From Methanothermobacter thermautotrophicus str. Delta H (GTDB lineage Archaea > Methanobacteriota > Methanobacteria > Methanobacteriales > Methanothermobacteraceae), in assembly GCF_000008645.1 (NCBI RefSeq), contig NC_000916.1, positions 1,260,001 to 1,292,000 on the forward strand: a DNA stretch of 32,000 nt, written 5' to 3'. Positions 18,180 to 28,114 of the stretch are shown here, piece by piece; within the stretch, counting starts at the first letter, position 1; each line of letters opens with the position of its first letter. The notes under the pieces were generated by a model, which saw only the letters and a list, made by a program, of their open reading frames with translations, had not been told where the DNA came from and did no database searches. Made by a program: the position numbers and the translations under genes.

Positions 18180-19328
18180 ATGAACATTTTTGATGAGATA
18201 GGGGACAAAGAATCTGTTTTTAAGGATAAGAAATATCTTGATCACAGGTTCCTTCCTGACAGATTACCTCACAGGGAGGAGCAGATACGATCAATAGCCA
18301 AGTACTGGGTCGAGGCCCTCAATGGAGTGACACCTCCAGACATTACAATCTATGGTAAAACAGGTACAGGGAAAACTGCCGTTGCAAAATTTGCCATGAA
18401 ACAGCTGAAGGAGGCATCAAAGGACTGTGACGTGAATATAAGGACTGAATACATCCGCTGCACAGATTACACAACAGAGTACCAGGTCATAGCAAGATTA
18501 TGCCAGCAGCTCGGTCGTGATGTCCCCTACCGTGGCTGGACAAAGGCTGAAATCGTGAACACCTTCAGGAACATGTTCAAGAAAAACGCCTTTGGCCAGG
18601 ACATGATACTCATGGTCGTACTTGATGAAATAGACATACTCCTCAGAAATGATGGAGATGGACTCCTGTACACCCTCACAAGGACAGATAATGTCTCCAT
18701 TTTATCCATAAGTAACTACGTGGAATTCAAGAAATTCATAAAACCCCGGGTCAGGAGCAGCCTCAGGGACAGGGAGATAGTTTTCCCACCCTATGGGGCC
18801 CAGCAGCTTGTTGATATCCTTGAGGAGAGGTCAAAGATGTCCTTCAAGGAGGGTGCCCTTGATGATGATGTCATACCCCTATGCGCAGCTCTGGCAGCCA
18901 AGGAGGAGGGTGATGCAAGGTACGCCCTGGACCTCCTCAGGACAGCAGGTGAAATTGCCGATGAAAGGGACTCAGATAAAGTCCTGGGGGACTTTGTGAG
19001 GGAGGCCAAGGACTACATAGAACACAACAAGATCACAGACATAATACTGACACTACCGAGCCAGCAGCAGAGGGTGCTTGAGGCCATACTCTACCTCACA
19101 AAGAGGAAGGAGGAAATAACCTCCGGAAGGCTTTATGAGGTCTACAAGGAAATAGCAAAGGGGGACTCTGTTTCCTACAGGAGGATATTTGACTTCATAA
19201 ACGAGCTTGAAATGCTCGGCCTCATATCCACAAATACTGTTTCACGGGGAAGGGGAAAGGGACGTACAAATATCATAGACCTGCAGTGCGAAACCTCCCT
19301 CCTGGAGGACTCACTCTGGGGTGTTTAA
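18180..19328 (+). CDS. cdc6: Orc1/Cdc6 replication initiator
   Basis: Walker [18 protein letters not shown], Walker [11 protein letters not shown], sensor region [11 protein letters not shown]-terminal winged-helix region with [17 protein letters not shown]. Confidence 0.95.
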   Translation: MNIFDEIGDKESVFKDKKYLDHRFLPDRLPHREEQIRSIAKYWVEALNGVTPPDITIYGKTGTGKTAVAKFAMKQLKEASKDCDVNIRTEYIRCTDYTTEYQVIARLCQQLGRDVPYRGWTKAEIVNTFRNMFKKNAFGQDMILMVVLDEIDILLRNDGDGLLYTLTRTDNVSILSISNYVEFKKFIKPRVRSSLRDREIVFPPYGAQQLVDILEERSKMSFKEGALDDDVIPLCAALAAKEEGDARYALDLLRTAGEIADERDSDKVLGDFVREAKDYIEHNKITDIILTLPSQQQRVLEAILYLTKRKEEITSGRLYEVYKEIAKGDSVSYRRIFDFINELEMLGLISTNTVSRGRGKGRTNIIDLQCETSLLEDSLWGV

Positions 19329-19345
19329 AGCTTTTTTCTAGAGCC
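19329..19345 (+). terminator. T-run terminator after cdc6
   Basis: GCTTTTTTCTA immediately after the TAA of cdc6, within a 24-nt convergent spacer. Confidence 0.5.
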
Positions 19346-19352
19346 ATCCCGC

Positions 19353-20291
19353 TCAAACTATCTTCTGGTTTTCAGATCCTCTCCTCTCACTTATCAGCAG
19401 CCTCAGGAGGGCCATCCGGACCGGCACACCATAGAACGCCTGTCTGAAGTACATGGCCTGTGGGAGGGAATCCACCTCTGGGGATATCTCATCTATCCTT
19501 GGGAGTGGATGCATCACAATCAGGTCCCTATCAGCCACAGTGGATCCATCTATGTGGTAGGCTCCCCTTATCCTTGAATACTCCTCAGGGTCAGGGAAAC
19601 GTTCCTTCTGTATCCTTGTAACGTAGAGGACATCCACCTCATCTATGACATCATCAAGCCTTTCTGTCTCTTTAACTTCAACACCAGCCCTCCTCAGATC
19701 ATGTATGATGTTATCAGGCATTCTGAGGACGGGTGGTGATACGAAGCTCATACTGGCACCGAAAACAGCCAGGGCATAGGCCAGTGAGTGGACAGTCCTC
19801 CCGTACTTGAGGTCACCAACCAGTGCAACCCTAAGGGAACCTATCCTCCCGAAGAACCTCTTCATGGTGTAGAGGTCCAGGAGGGTCTGTGTTGGGTGCT
19901 GCCCGGCACCATCCCCTGCATTTATCACTGGAACATCCACAACATCTGATATGTAACGTGCTGCACCCTCCAGGTTGTGCCTTATAACTATGGCGTCAGA
20001 GTAGGCTGAAAGCATCATGGCGGTGTCAGCCAGGCTCTCACCCTTAACGGCAGATGTCGCCCCCGTATCTGCAAATCCAACAACGTCCCCTCCCAGACGC
20101 TTCATGGCAGTTTCAAAGGATAGACGTGTCCTTGTGGATGGCTCATAGAACATCATGCCAAGTATCTTTCCTCTGAGGGCGCTGGAGGATTTTTCTCCCG
20201 ATGCAAATGGCTCCATCTTCTCGGCTTCCCTGAGGATGAACTCGATATCCTCCCTCTTAAAATCCTTTATTGAGATAACGTTTTCAAACAT
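19353..20291 (-). CDS. pyrB: Aspartate carbamoyltransferase catalytic subunit
   Basis: [84 protein letters not shown]. Confidence 0.95.
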   Translation of the reverse strand: MFENVISIKDFKREDIEFILREAEKMEPFASGEKSSSALRGKILGMMFYEPSTRTRLSFETAMKRLGGDVVGFADTGATSAVKGESLADTAMMLSAYSDAIVIRHNLEGAARYISDVVDVPVINAGDGAGQHPTQTLLDLYTMKRFFGRIGSLRVALVGDLKYGRTVHSLAYALAVFGASMSFVSPPVLRMPDNIIHDLRRAGVEVKETERLDDVIDEVDVLYVTRIQKERFPDPEEYSRIRGAYHIDGSTVADRDLIVMHPLPRIDEISPEVDSLPQAMYFRQAFYGVPVRMALLRLLISERRGSENQKIV

Positions 20292-20333
20292 CAGTACCCC
20301 TTCCAGATTTTCATATATAACCCTATAACTTCC

Positions 20334-21065
20334 TTAAATCTTTCTCATGAAGGTTAGATACCCTGTATGGCCGACCATCCTTGTTCTGGGCCTTGTACCC
20401 TGCTTTCTGACCTCTATTTCACGTTCAATGGTTTCAAAGGTCCTTATATCTGCAAATCCAACCTTCAACCCTATCCTGTGTATCAGCTTCACCTGTTCAA
20501 TGTAGGGGTTGTAGAAGACTGCCCAGCCACCCCTGAGTAGGGAATCATGGACATCCTCCATCAGCTCCCAGGGCCTGGGCAGATCAAGGAAAACCAGGTC
20601 GAGGTCCTCCTCCTCTATACCCTCCTTTATATCCCTGTTCTTGACCTCCACGTTTTTGAATCCAAAGGCTGCAATGTTCTTCTCTGCTATCTCAGCAAAG
20701 TCCTCACGTATTTCATAGGTTGTGACGTGCCCTGATTCTCCCACCAGATTGGCAAGGTACATTGCAACTGTACCCGCACCGGTACCCGCATCAACAACCC
20801 TTGAACCTTCAACTATCCCTGTATATGCACATATCATTCCTATGTCCTTGGGAAGGAGTATTGAACACCGCCTCTCCATGAGTTCAAGGTAATCTGAGAG
20901 TCCGGGTTTAAGGACGTAAATCTCCCTGCCAAGGTGGGTTTTGAGGACATCCCCGGGCCTGGAATCCTCCAGGGTTTCTGCTTTGATGATCCCCATGTCA
21001 CTCTGAAAGTCCTCTCCTTCTTCCAGGAGATATTTTTTACCTCTCTCATCCATAAGTATGCGCAA
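20334..21065 (-). CDS. trmI: TrmI-like tRNA (adenine-N1)-methyltransferase
   Basis: GMICAYTGIVEGSRVVDAGTGAGTVAMYLANLVG, LVFLDLPRPWELMEDVHDSLLRGGWAVFYNPYIEQV. Likely TTG start at 21065 behind AGGTGA (track 21071). Confidence 0.85.
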   Translation of the reverse strand: MRILMDERGKKYLLEEGEDFQSDMGIIKAETLEDSRPGDVLKTHLGREIYVLKPGLSDYLELMERRCSILLPKDIGMICAYTGIVEGSRVVDAGTGAGTVAMYLANLVGESGHVTTYEIREDFAEIAEKNIAAFGFKNVEVKNRDIKEGIEEEDLDLVFLDLPRPWELMEDVHDSLLRGGWAVFYNPYIEQVKLIHRIGLKVGFADIRTFETIEREIEVRKQGTRPRTRMVGHTGYLTFMRKI

Positions 21066-21076
21066 GTCCAATCACC

Positions 21077-23293
21077 TTACTCCTTGAATTGATATGTGGC
21101 TTCATCGGGTCCCTTAAATTCTGCCTCAATGACCCTCCTGATTTCCGAAGCCCTCTTTGCACCTATACCCTCCACGCTACGGAGTTCCTTCTCTGAGGCG
21201 TTCATAACACCTTCAACTGATCCGAAGGCTTCCAGGAGCCTTTCAGCGTACTTTGAACCGATATTTGGCAGGGATTCCACGATGAAGAGCTGCTTCTCCC
21301 TGAGGGTCAGTGGCTTCTTATCCGTGCGAACACGCATATCAGGCCTGCCTTCCCTCTGCTCCCTTATGGCTATCCTCCTTATCATTGCAGCGGTATCCTC
21401 GGCTGACCTCGTGGGGATTACAGGTATTCCAAAGTCCACAGCAACAGCTGCAAGGGCACCCCTCACGGCGTCCGGGTTTATGAATCCTGAATAGAGGTCA
21501 TCCCCCTCTATGATCATAACAGGCCTTTTGAAGTTTTTGACCATCTCCCTTGCCTGTTTATACAGTCTTTTATCTATAATTGAACCAATAAAGTCCTGTG
21601 TTGTCTTCCTCTCAATTATAGTATCCTCGCTTATCTGATAGTCACCAACTGCAAGGGGTTTGAGTTCAAAATCCACTCCTATCTTTTTGAGTTCCCTGAG
21701 GACCCTTGAGTTGACCTCCCGGGAATCAGCATAGATGAAGGGTCCCTCCCCTGAGGGTTCCATTATGGGGTTAACCTCCACGTTAACTGACCCGCCCCTG
21801 AGGTTCTCCTTCATGGATCTCTCCTTCCTGATACTTGAGTAGTAGTATGCCTCGTCGCGGGTCTTCTCTGTTATGAGGACAACCATGCGGCCCTTCCTCT
21901 TCCTCCCGGTCCTTCCACGTCTCTGTATCATCCTTATCTCAGAGGGAACAGGTTCATACATCACCACAAGGTCCACCGAGGGGATATCTATACCTTCCTC
22001 AGCGACACTGGTTGATAGGAGCACGTCATGGTTCCCCATGCGAAATGATTTTATTATATCCCTCTGCTGTTTCTGGGTGAGGCCCTTCTCTCCGCTCCTG
22101 CTGTTCTGTCCATAAAATTTAACTGCGTTGATACCTTCACGTTTGCATCTCTGGTATATCTCCTCAAGGGTGTCGCGGAACTGTGTGAACACTATTATCC
22201 TTGCTTCATCTCCTTTAAGTTCCCTTTTCAGTATCTCCATTAGCCTGTCAAGTTTAGGGTGTTCCACCCCTGACATCATGGCCCTTCTTGTGAGGTGCAT
22301 GGCCCTTGTAAAGTCTGGATCTGCCAGGAGACCCTTAGCAGCCTTTGTTTTCTTCTCCTTTAGCCGGAGAAGGTACTGGTGGAGTGGTCTTATGCCCTGT
22401 GTTTCAAGAAGTTCAAGGGCGTGTTCCACGTTTATACAGGATGCAAGGAGTGATATGGCCCTGTAGCATGCCCTTGGAGGGCTCGTTGATCGCGCTATCC
22501 TGTTCTGGACACGGCCCCTTGCCTTCAGAAGGTCCTTCTTACCCACACTGATGGTGTCTATAACACCGAGGTTTTTAAGCATCTTCAAGCGATTTTTAAG
22601 GACCTTCCTAAGGAGTTCCCTTATATCCTCAAGCTCCGGTGTCATCCTGACCTTTACCCATTCTATTTTTATGGGCTTGAGGTAGGGGCGCACATCAGGG
22701 TCCCCCTCTGTTTTCACCACAACCTCATTCATGAAGAGGTTCTCACAGACAGTTTTTATCTTATCCTCATCTGCACCCGGAGACGCTGTGAGTCCCAGTA
22801 TGAGGGGGTGCCTGGCGTTCTGTATATAATTAGATGCAAGGAAGACGTATGAGTATGATCCAACTGCGCGGTGGCATTCATCGAATACGATGAGTGAGAC
22901 GTCCCTGAGGTCGTATCTTCCAGCCAGGATGTCTGATTCAACTGTCTGGGGCGTGGCGGATATTATCTGGGATTTAATCCACCGTTCTTTTCTCTCTTCA
23001 GGTTTTATGCTACCTGTAAGGGATGTGCAGGTTGCAAGCATGAACTCCCTGAAGCTCTCCTCATGCTGTATGGCCAGGGGTTTGCTGGGTGATAGGATGA
23101 GTACCTTTGAGCCCCTGTATTTCCTGAGTCTCTCTGCAGCCACAAGGACAGCCACAACCGTCTTTCCGAGGGCTGTGGGGGCGACTATCATTGAGTTGCC
23201 CTTTCTGATGACATCTGCTGCCAGCAGCTGCTGATAGGTCCTTGCCTCTATTTTCTCTGGCTTTATGAGGGGGTGCTCTATGTACCTTGCCAT
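21077..23293 (-). CDS. hef: Hef-type helicase/XPF-family nuclease
   Basis: SF2 helicase motifs ([77 protein letters not shown]), nuclease motif [23 protein letters not shown]-terminal Hh[48 protein letters not shown]. Confidence 0.93.
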   Translation of the reverse strand: MARYIEHPLIKPEKIEARTYQQLLAADVIRKGNSMIVAPTALGKTVVAVLVAAERLRKYRGSKVLILSPSKPLAIQHEESFREFMLATCTSLTGSIKPEERKERWIKSQIISATPQTVESDILAGRYDLRDVSLIVFDECHRAVGSYSYVFLASNYIQNARHPLILGLTASPGADEDKIKTVCENLFMNEVVVKTEGDPDVRPYLKPIKIEWVKVRMTPELEDIRELLRKVLKNRLKMLKNLGVIDTISVGKKDLLKARGRVQNRIARSTSPPRACYRAISLLASCINVEHALELLETQGIRPLHQYLLRLKEKKTKAAKGLLADPDFTRAMHLTRRAMMSGVEHPKLDRLMEILKRELKGDEARIIVFTQFRDTLEEIYQRCKREGINAVKFYGQNSRSGEKGLTQKQQRDIIKSFRMGNHDVLLSTSVAEEGIDIPSVDLVVMYEPVPSEIRMIQRRGRTGRKRKGRMVVLITEKTRDEAYYYSSIRKERSMKENLRGGSVNVEVNPIMEPSGEGPFIYADSREVNSRVLRELKKIGVDFELKPLAVGDYQISEDTIIERKTTQDFIGSIIDKRLYKQAREMVKNFKRPVMIIEGDDLYSGFINPDAVRGALAAVAVDFGIPVIPTRSAEDTAAMIRRIAIREQREGRPDMRVRTDKKPLTLREKQLFIVESLPNIGSKYAERLLEAFGSVEGVMNASEKELRSVEGIGAKRASEIRRVIEAEFKGPDEATYQFKE

Positions 23294-23468
23294 GGTCTTT
23301 TATCTGGTCATCAATTTATTTAAGGTTCAGGTTCCTTTCAGTGCTGAAAATCAGGTTACCTGAGGCTTTGGCCTTCCTAGTTTGAGGTTTAAGAGATTAA
23401 AAGAAGGAATAAATGGGGGTTTATTGGGGATGATGCGTGTTCAACCGGTCTAAAAGATTTAAGGGAGG

Positions 23469-23789
23469 TTAAAGTGGGACTGAGGCAGCTGCGAGCACCG
23501 CAGCAACGGTGACTGTGCTCAGATGGCAGGCGTAGAGTGGAGCTGTCTGGAAGCTGTCCCTCAGAACCGGGAGGAACTGTGTGTAGGCTGAAATCCCTGT
23601 GAGTACCTGCAGAGCCACTGCAACGTAATTCAGGGTTACATTGCCAGACATGATATTTGCTGCCGTTGCAATGAGGGCAAGGATAAGGACTCCGAAGTGT
23701 GGCGCCATCCTCATCCCCATTATACGGAAGGTTATGAAACCTGATGAGATTCCTGCAAAGAGGAGTGCGAATATAATGACCTGATACAT
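23469..23789 (-). CDS. Small hydrophobic membrane protein
   Basis: 106 aa with about three hydrophobic segments. The ORF abuts the downstream side of the TusA/DsrE gene. Confidence 0.55.
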   Translation of the reverse strand: MYQVIIFALLFAGISSGFITFRIMGMRMAPHFGVLILALIATAANIMSGNVTLNYVAVALQVLTGISAYTQFLPVLRDSFQTAPLYACHLSTVTVAAVLAAASVPL

Positions 23790-23799
23790 TTCATCACCT

Positions 23800-24609
23800 C
23801 TAGAAGTTCACCACTGCGTAGCTCGGGTCACTAAGCAGTGTTATGAACGTGGCTGCACCTGCTATCTTGCAGCCCTCGACCATGTTATCTTCTCTGAGCC
23901 CCCTGAACTGGGCGCTCATTTCACAGACGTAGATCTTAACACCCATCTCAATGACCTCGGCCATGAGTTCATCCAGCCGCGGGAAGGCCGGGTGTTTTAC
24001 GGCGGCTGCACCACCCTTCCTTGCAATGCTCACGCCATCCATGAGGAGGAATATTGTGACATCCTTTCCCATGCTGAGGGCAGCCTTTGAGAATATGAAG
24101 GTGGCGTAGGCCCTCTCTGCATTCCCTGTCCCGTTGCTCTGGACAACGAGTACCTTATCCTTTCCTGTAAATTCCCTTTCCCTGCTAACATCTGTTTTTT
24201 CAAGGATGAGGTGGCTGGCCGATTTTTCAATGACCTCTGCCTTCATTTCAGGAGCTGAGAGTGCAAGGTCATCGATCACGTCACTGCTTTCTGATTTTAT
24301 CTTTATCCTCATCCCTGGCTCCATTGAGGAGAGCCTATCCCCTACGATTATAACCGGGCCGGGACAGGTTTCTCCGGTAACATCTATCTCTTCAATACCC
24401 TGAGGTGAAATGTTAACCACCAGCCCCTTTTCTGTTTCTCTGGGAGAATATTCCATATGGTGCTTCTCTGCAACTCTCCTGACCTCTTCAGAGTCCTCCT
24501 TCAGGATCAGCTGGAGGTTCTGAACACCATTTTTAAGTATATTGTCTGTTATTATAGCTGCAGCGTATCTGTTTACTCCCCTGAGGTTTAATTTCATTTT
24601 TATCCCCAT
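23800..24609 (-). CDS. TusA-like / TusA (CPxP) / DsrE-like fusion protein
   Basis: N-terminal LNLRGVNRYAAAIITDNILKNGVQNLQLILKED..., central IDVTGETCPGPVIIVGDRLSSMEPGMRIKIKSES, C-terminal KVLVVQSNGTGNAERAYATFIFSKAALSMGKDVTIFLLMDGV...VYVCEMS-like region. Confidence 0.72.
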   Translation of the reverse strand: MGIKMKLNLRGVNRYAAAIITDNILKNGVQNLQLILKEDSEEVRRVAEKHHMEYSPRETEKGLVVNISPQGIEEIDVTGETCPGPVIIVGDRLSSMEPGMRIKIKSESSDVIDDLALSAPEMKAEVIEKSASHLILEKTDVSREREFTGKDKVLVVQSNGTGNAERAYATFIFSKAALSMGKDVTIFLLMDGVSIARKGGAAAVKHPAFPRLDELMAEVIEMGVKIYVCEMSAQFRGLREDNMVEGCKIAGAATFITLLSDPSYAVVNF

Positions 24610-25268
24610 TTTTCCCTGAATTTTCTGAGGGCCTCCACAATTCCCTCAAGGTCAGATGCTGGTACTCCGACTGCAAGTTCCTCGGGCCTGATCCCGGCGT
24701 ATTTCCTTGAACCGTTACACCCCATTGTCATGTTTGGGATGCCCCTCTCCCTTACAGCTGCAACGGCGTCTGCACAGAGTGACTGTATCCCTGAGTAGTC
24801 CCCGCTTATTCTGCCACCCCTGTCATGGAGGTATGCCTGGCTGAGTCTAAGCGCCTGGGCCGGTTTAAGTATGAATACAACGGCGTCTGGTTCGAAATCA
24901 GCCTCTTCGAGCGGTGCATAGACTGAGGCATGGTATTCCCCTTTCACCGCGGGAACGGCCTCTACGGTTTCAGCAGCAGCTTCCAGTGTGCTGTAGTTTC
25001 CGAGTTTATGGTACAGGCTTCCATCCGCAACCTGGGGTGGTACCCTGCAGAGTCCAAGGACCGCTGCGCCACCCCTGCAGAGGTGTTCGTCTGCAGTTGC
25101 ATAGCCACAGGCACCCCTTAAGCGTGCATCCTGTATGAACTCGCAGTGCCTCTTCTTTTCAAGCTTTTCACCAGATATTTCCTCATTCTTGACTAACCTG
25201 ACAGCCACGGGCTGCCCTCCATTTTCCAGGAGTTCCTTAAGTTCTTCTGAAATCTTCCTGTAATCCAT
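24600..25268 (-). CDS. DUF169 family protein
   Basis: MDYRKISEELKELLENGGQPVAVRLVKNEE...HCEFIQDARLRGACGYATADEHLCRGGAAVLGL. GGTGG ribosome-binding site before ATG 25268; the track N-terminus to 25496 is spurious. Confidence 0.7.
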   Translation of the reverse strand: MDYRKISEELKELLENGGQPVAVRLVKNEEISGEKLEKKRHCEFIQDARLRGACGYATADEHLCRGGAAVLGLCRVPPQVADGSLYHKLGNYSTLEAAAETVEAVPAVKGEYHASVYAPLEEADFEPDAVVFILKPAQALRLSQAYLHDRGGRISGDYSGIQSLCADAVAAVRERGIPNMTMGCNGSRKYAGIRPEELAVGVPASDLEGIVEALRKFREKWG

Positions 25269-25375
25269 ACAACCACCTATACATGATAGTATAACTATAC
25301 GATAAAGTATAAAAACCCAATATTTAAATTTTTCTCTAAAGTTATAATTCATGGTTATACCATAGCTATCATGGG

Positions 25376-26895
25376 GTGAGGTCAGTGGAGAAACTCTCTG
25401 AAACCGAGAAGATGATAATGTCCTACCTGGAATCAAATCCTCCAGAGGAGTGCATGCTCGACAAGATAACCCGTGGAATAAACAGGAGCAGGGCAACGGT
25501 TCTCAAGTACCTTCACATACTGGAGGCCAGGGGTCTTGTAACATACAGGACGGTTGGCAGAAGCAAACTATGGATGCCTGCGGGAGACCTTGAGGGAACT
25601 GTGGAATACACTGGAGACACATCCAGAGATTCTGAGCTTATAAAAAACGCATCAAAAATTCACAGAAACCTCCTGGAACTCCTGGAACTTGAAAGAAAAA
25701 TAGATGACCCTGATAAACTCGTCTTCACCATAAACACCCTCATGGACATAGTAGTATCCAACGGCCTTTTCAGAAGAATGTTCCCCGGTGCACAGTGCCT
25801 TGGGGACATCATGGACCGGGAGAGCATGGTCCTCATTGAGAACAGAATGAAATCCCGGGGCACGATACAGGTCGATCTGAGGGGAAGGGATGGGATAAGG
25901 AGGAACTACAGCCTTTCAGTCACACCTGTAAACAACTTCTGGGTCATAATAGGAAGGGACCTTGCAAGTTCCTCATTTTCCAAGAATGAACTTGAGGTCC
26001 TCCTCACAATCACAAGGTTGAGATCATCCTCTGGCAGCCTTGAAGAGCTTATGAACTCAATAAGGGATGAATTATCCACCATAATGGACCTTAAACAGCT
26101 TTCGGTGGTCCTAAGCGATGCCTCAGGGTTCAGCAGGGCCTACGAATACCCTGAGTCAGAGGATCTCACTGAATTTGAATACTTCATCTACAGGAGCATT
26201 GAAACCCTCGAGACGGTATCATGGAGGCATGACTCGGGTCTCATGCTTTCAGTACCCCTCATCACAGAGGAAAGGGCGAGGGGAGCCCTTATAATCAGAA
26301 GCCCCGAGGACTCCATAGCCTCACAGAGCCTTGAAATCATAGAGATGGTGGCCGACGAGGTCTCAGAGTATCTAGAAATGGAGAAACTGAGACAGGAGAA
26401 GGATGAGTTCATAAGAACACTTCTGGCCATGAACAGGGTTTCCGAAATCATAAACAGTGATGAGGAAGAGGAAAAAATGCTTGAAAAATCAATCGAGGCC
26501 GTCATAGAAACCCTGGAATTTGAAATGGGATGCATATACCTCATGGAGGAGAAAAAGGAACTCCAGCTCAGGGTTCAGAGGAACTGCCAGAAACCCTCAG
26601 CAGAATGTGCATGGCCGGGGTCTTCACAGACCTCTTTGAGAGGTCCATTGAGAAGGAGGGGGTTATATACATAACCTCTGAGTCGCCTGAATACCGCATG
26701 ATACATGAGTCCATAAGGAGAAACAATATAAGAACAATTCTAATGATTCCGATTAAGTTTTCAGGGGAGATAACAGGAATATTAAACCTGGCAAGTTACA
26801 GTGTTAAACCCTACAACAGGATAAGCCTTGAGAACATTTCATCAATAGGGCTTCAGCTTGGAAGCGCCCTCCAGAGGAAAAGTTATAACTTATAA
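25376..26895 (+). pseudogene. Winged-helix transcriptional regulator with PAS/GAF-like sensory domains, reading frame interrupted near 26581
   Basis: ORF 25376-26674 encodes an HTH (RSRATVLKYLHILEARGLVTYRTVGRSKLW) and sensor domains. The C-terminal GAF continues in another frame in ORF 26530-26895 (ELPETLSRMCMAGVFTDLFERSIEKEGVIYITSESPEYRMIHESIRRNNIRTILMIPIKFSGEITGILNLASY). Confidence 0.6.
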
Positions 26896-26905
26896 GTTAT
26901 AACTT
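26880..26905. repeat. Two tandem 12-bp perfect palindromes AAGTTATAACTT
   Basis: Read directly at 26880-26891 and 26894-26905, overlapping the regulator stop codon. Confidence 0.8.
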
Positions 26906-28087
26906 TTAAGGTCTGATGAGGTTCATCCAGTCATCATAGACGGCATCAAGGCCACACATACCAGGGACATAGTTGGCGGCCTTGGCAGAGTCAACACCAA
27001 GGACCTCATAGCCAAGATCCTCCACAGGTGCAACCACCATGCAGGTGTCAGATACAACCATCCCACCTGCTGCCTCTATAACGTCTGTGTAGCCCATCCT
27101 GCTGGCAGCACTTCCTATGGCAGCAGAGGTGCACACCCAGAGGTCACAGGCAGGCTTATTTTTCCTTAAAAATGAGGCTATCCTCCGGATCTCATCCAGG
27201 GAACAGTGCGGGCACCCCAGGCATATGAGGTCAGGATCATCATCAGTGGTGGACAGCTCCTCCCTTGCCTCCAGTATATCCCCGGCATCAACCGTAATGC
27301 TATCCCCTGCTTCATCAGGAGAGGCTTCCATGTACTCGGGTGTCACCCCATCAACATGGTAGAGTGCAACCGCACCGGACGACGCCATGGCAGCCCCAAG
27401 GGCTTTGAGGTCATCAGCCGATGGATGGCCAGTGAAAGTGAAATATGGGACACCCTCACCGGCAATTTTTCCTGTAATGTAACCCAGGGCCCCGTAATCC
27501 GAGCCCGAGAGTTCACATTCAACATCAACCCTCAGGGTGGCCCTCCGGTTCTCCTGGAGATGGTAACCATACTCCGGGGTCTTACCGCATATGGCGGCTG
27601 CAAGGGCCCCTGGACCACCCTCACGGTTGGTCCTGGCTCCCAGAACAGAGTTGGCATAGGAAACTGCAGAGGACTCTGACCAGGCAACATGGGAGCCCCT
27701 CAGGGGGACGTTCCCTATGAGGTAGGGGGTGCAGGTGCAGGTGTTCATGACATCCATGGCAGAGTATGCCTCCACTATCCTTATCTGTCTCCTGGCGAAT
27801 TCCTCTGAGAATCCCATTTCCCTCCATCTCTGGAGGTCCATCCCCGCAGGGTTAAGGGTACTTGCAACCTTCACTCCGGCACCCCTGGCACGGAGGTCCT
27901 CCAGGTATTCAAGACCGGCGTCCCCTATTGTCTTGTAGGATACCCCTGAAACCTGGGCAGAGGATATGTCAACCATCCTCTCAGCACCATAGATATCACC
28001 CAGGGCAACAAGTATCTCCATACTCTGCTGGACTGTCTCACCGAATTCACCATCATACATCCTCTCTTCTGTCCTATCAAGGTACAC
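26906..28087 (-). CDS. Aconitase X (DUF521) catalytic domain protein, candidate phosphomevalonate dehydratase large subunit
   Basis: [65 protein letters not shown]..., [66 protein letters not shown]. Probable GTG start at 28087 (track 28105). Confidence 0.8.
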   Translation of the reverse strand: MYLDRTEERMYDGEFGETVQQSMEILVALGDIYGAERMVDISSAQVSGVSYKTIGDAGLEYLEDLRARGAGVKVASTLNPAGMDLQRWREMGFSEEFARRQIRIVEAYSAMDVMNTCTCTPYLIGNVPLRGSHVAWSESSAVSYANSVLGARTNREGGPGALAAAICGKTPEYGYHLQENRRATLRVDVECELSGSDYGALGYITGKIAGEGVPYFTFTGHPSADDLKALGAAMASSGAVALYHVDGVTPEYMEASPDEAGDSITVDAGDILEAREELSTTDDDPDLICLGCPHCSLDEIRRIASFLRKNKPACDLWVCTSAAIGSAASRMGYTDVIEAAGGMVVSDTCMVVAPVEDLGYEVLGVDSAKAANYVPGMCGLDAVYDDWMNLIRP

Positions 28088-28114
28088 TTTTCCAACCCCA
28101 CACATGGTGTCTCT

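Noticed and set aside
25269-25496. N-terminal extension of the DUF169 ORF in the track
   Set aside because: Runs across the divergent promoter gap into the regulator gene; strong ribosome-binding site supports ATG at 25268.
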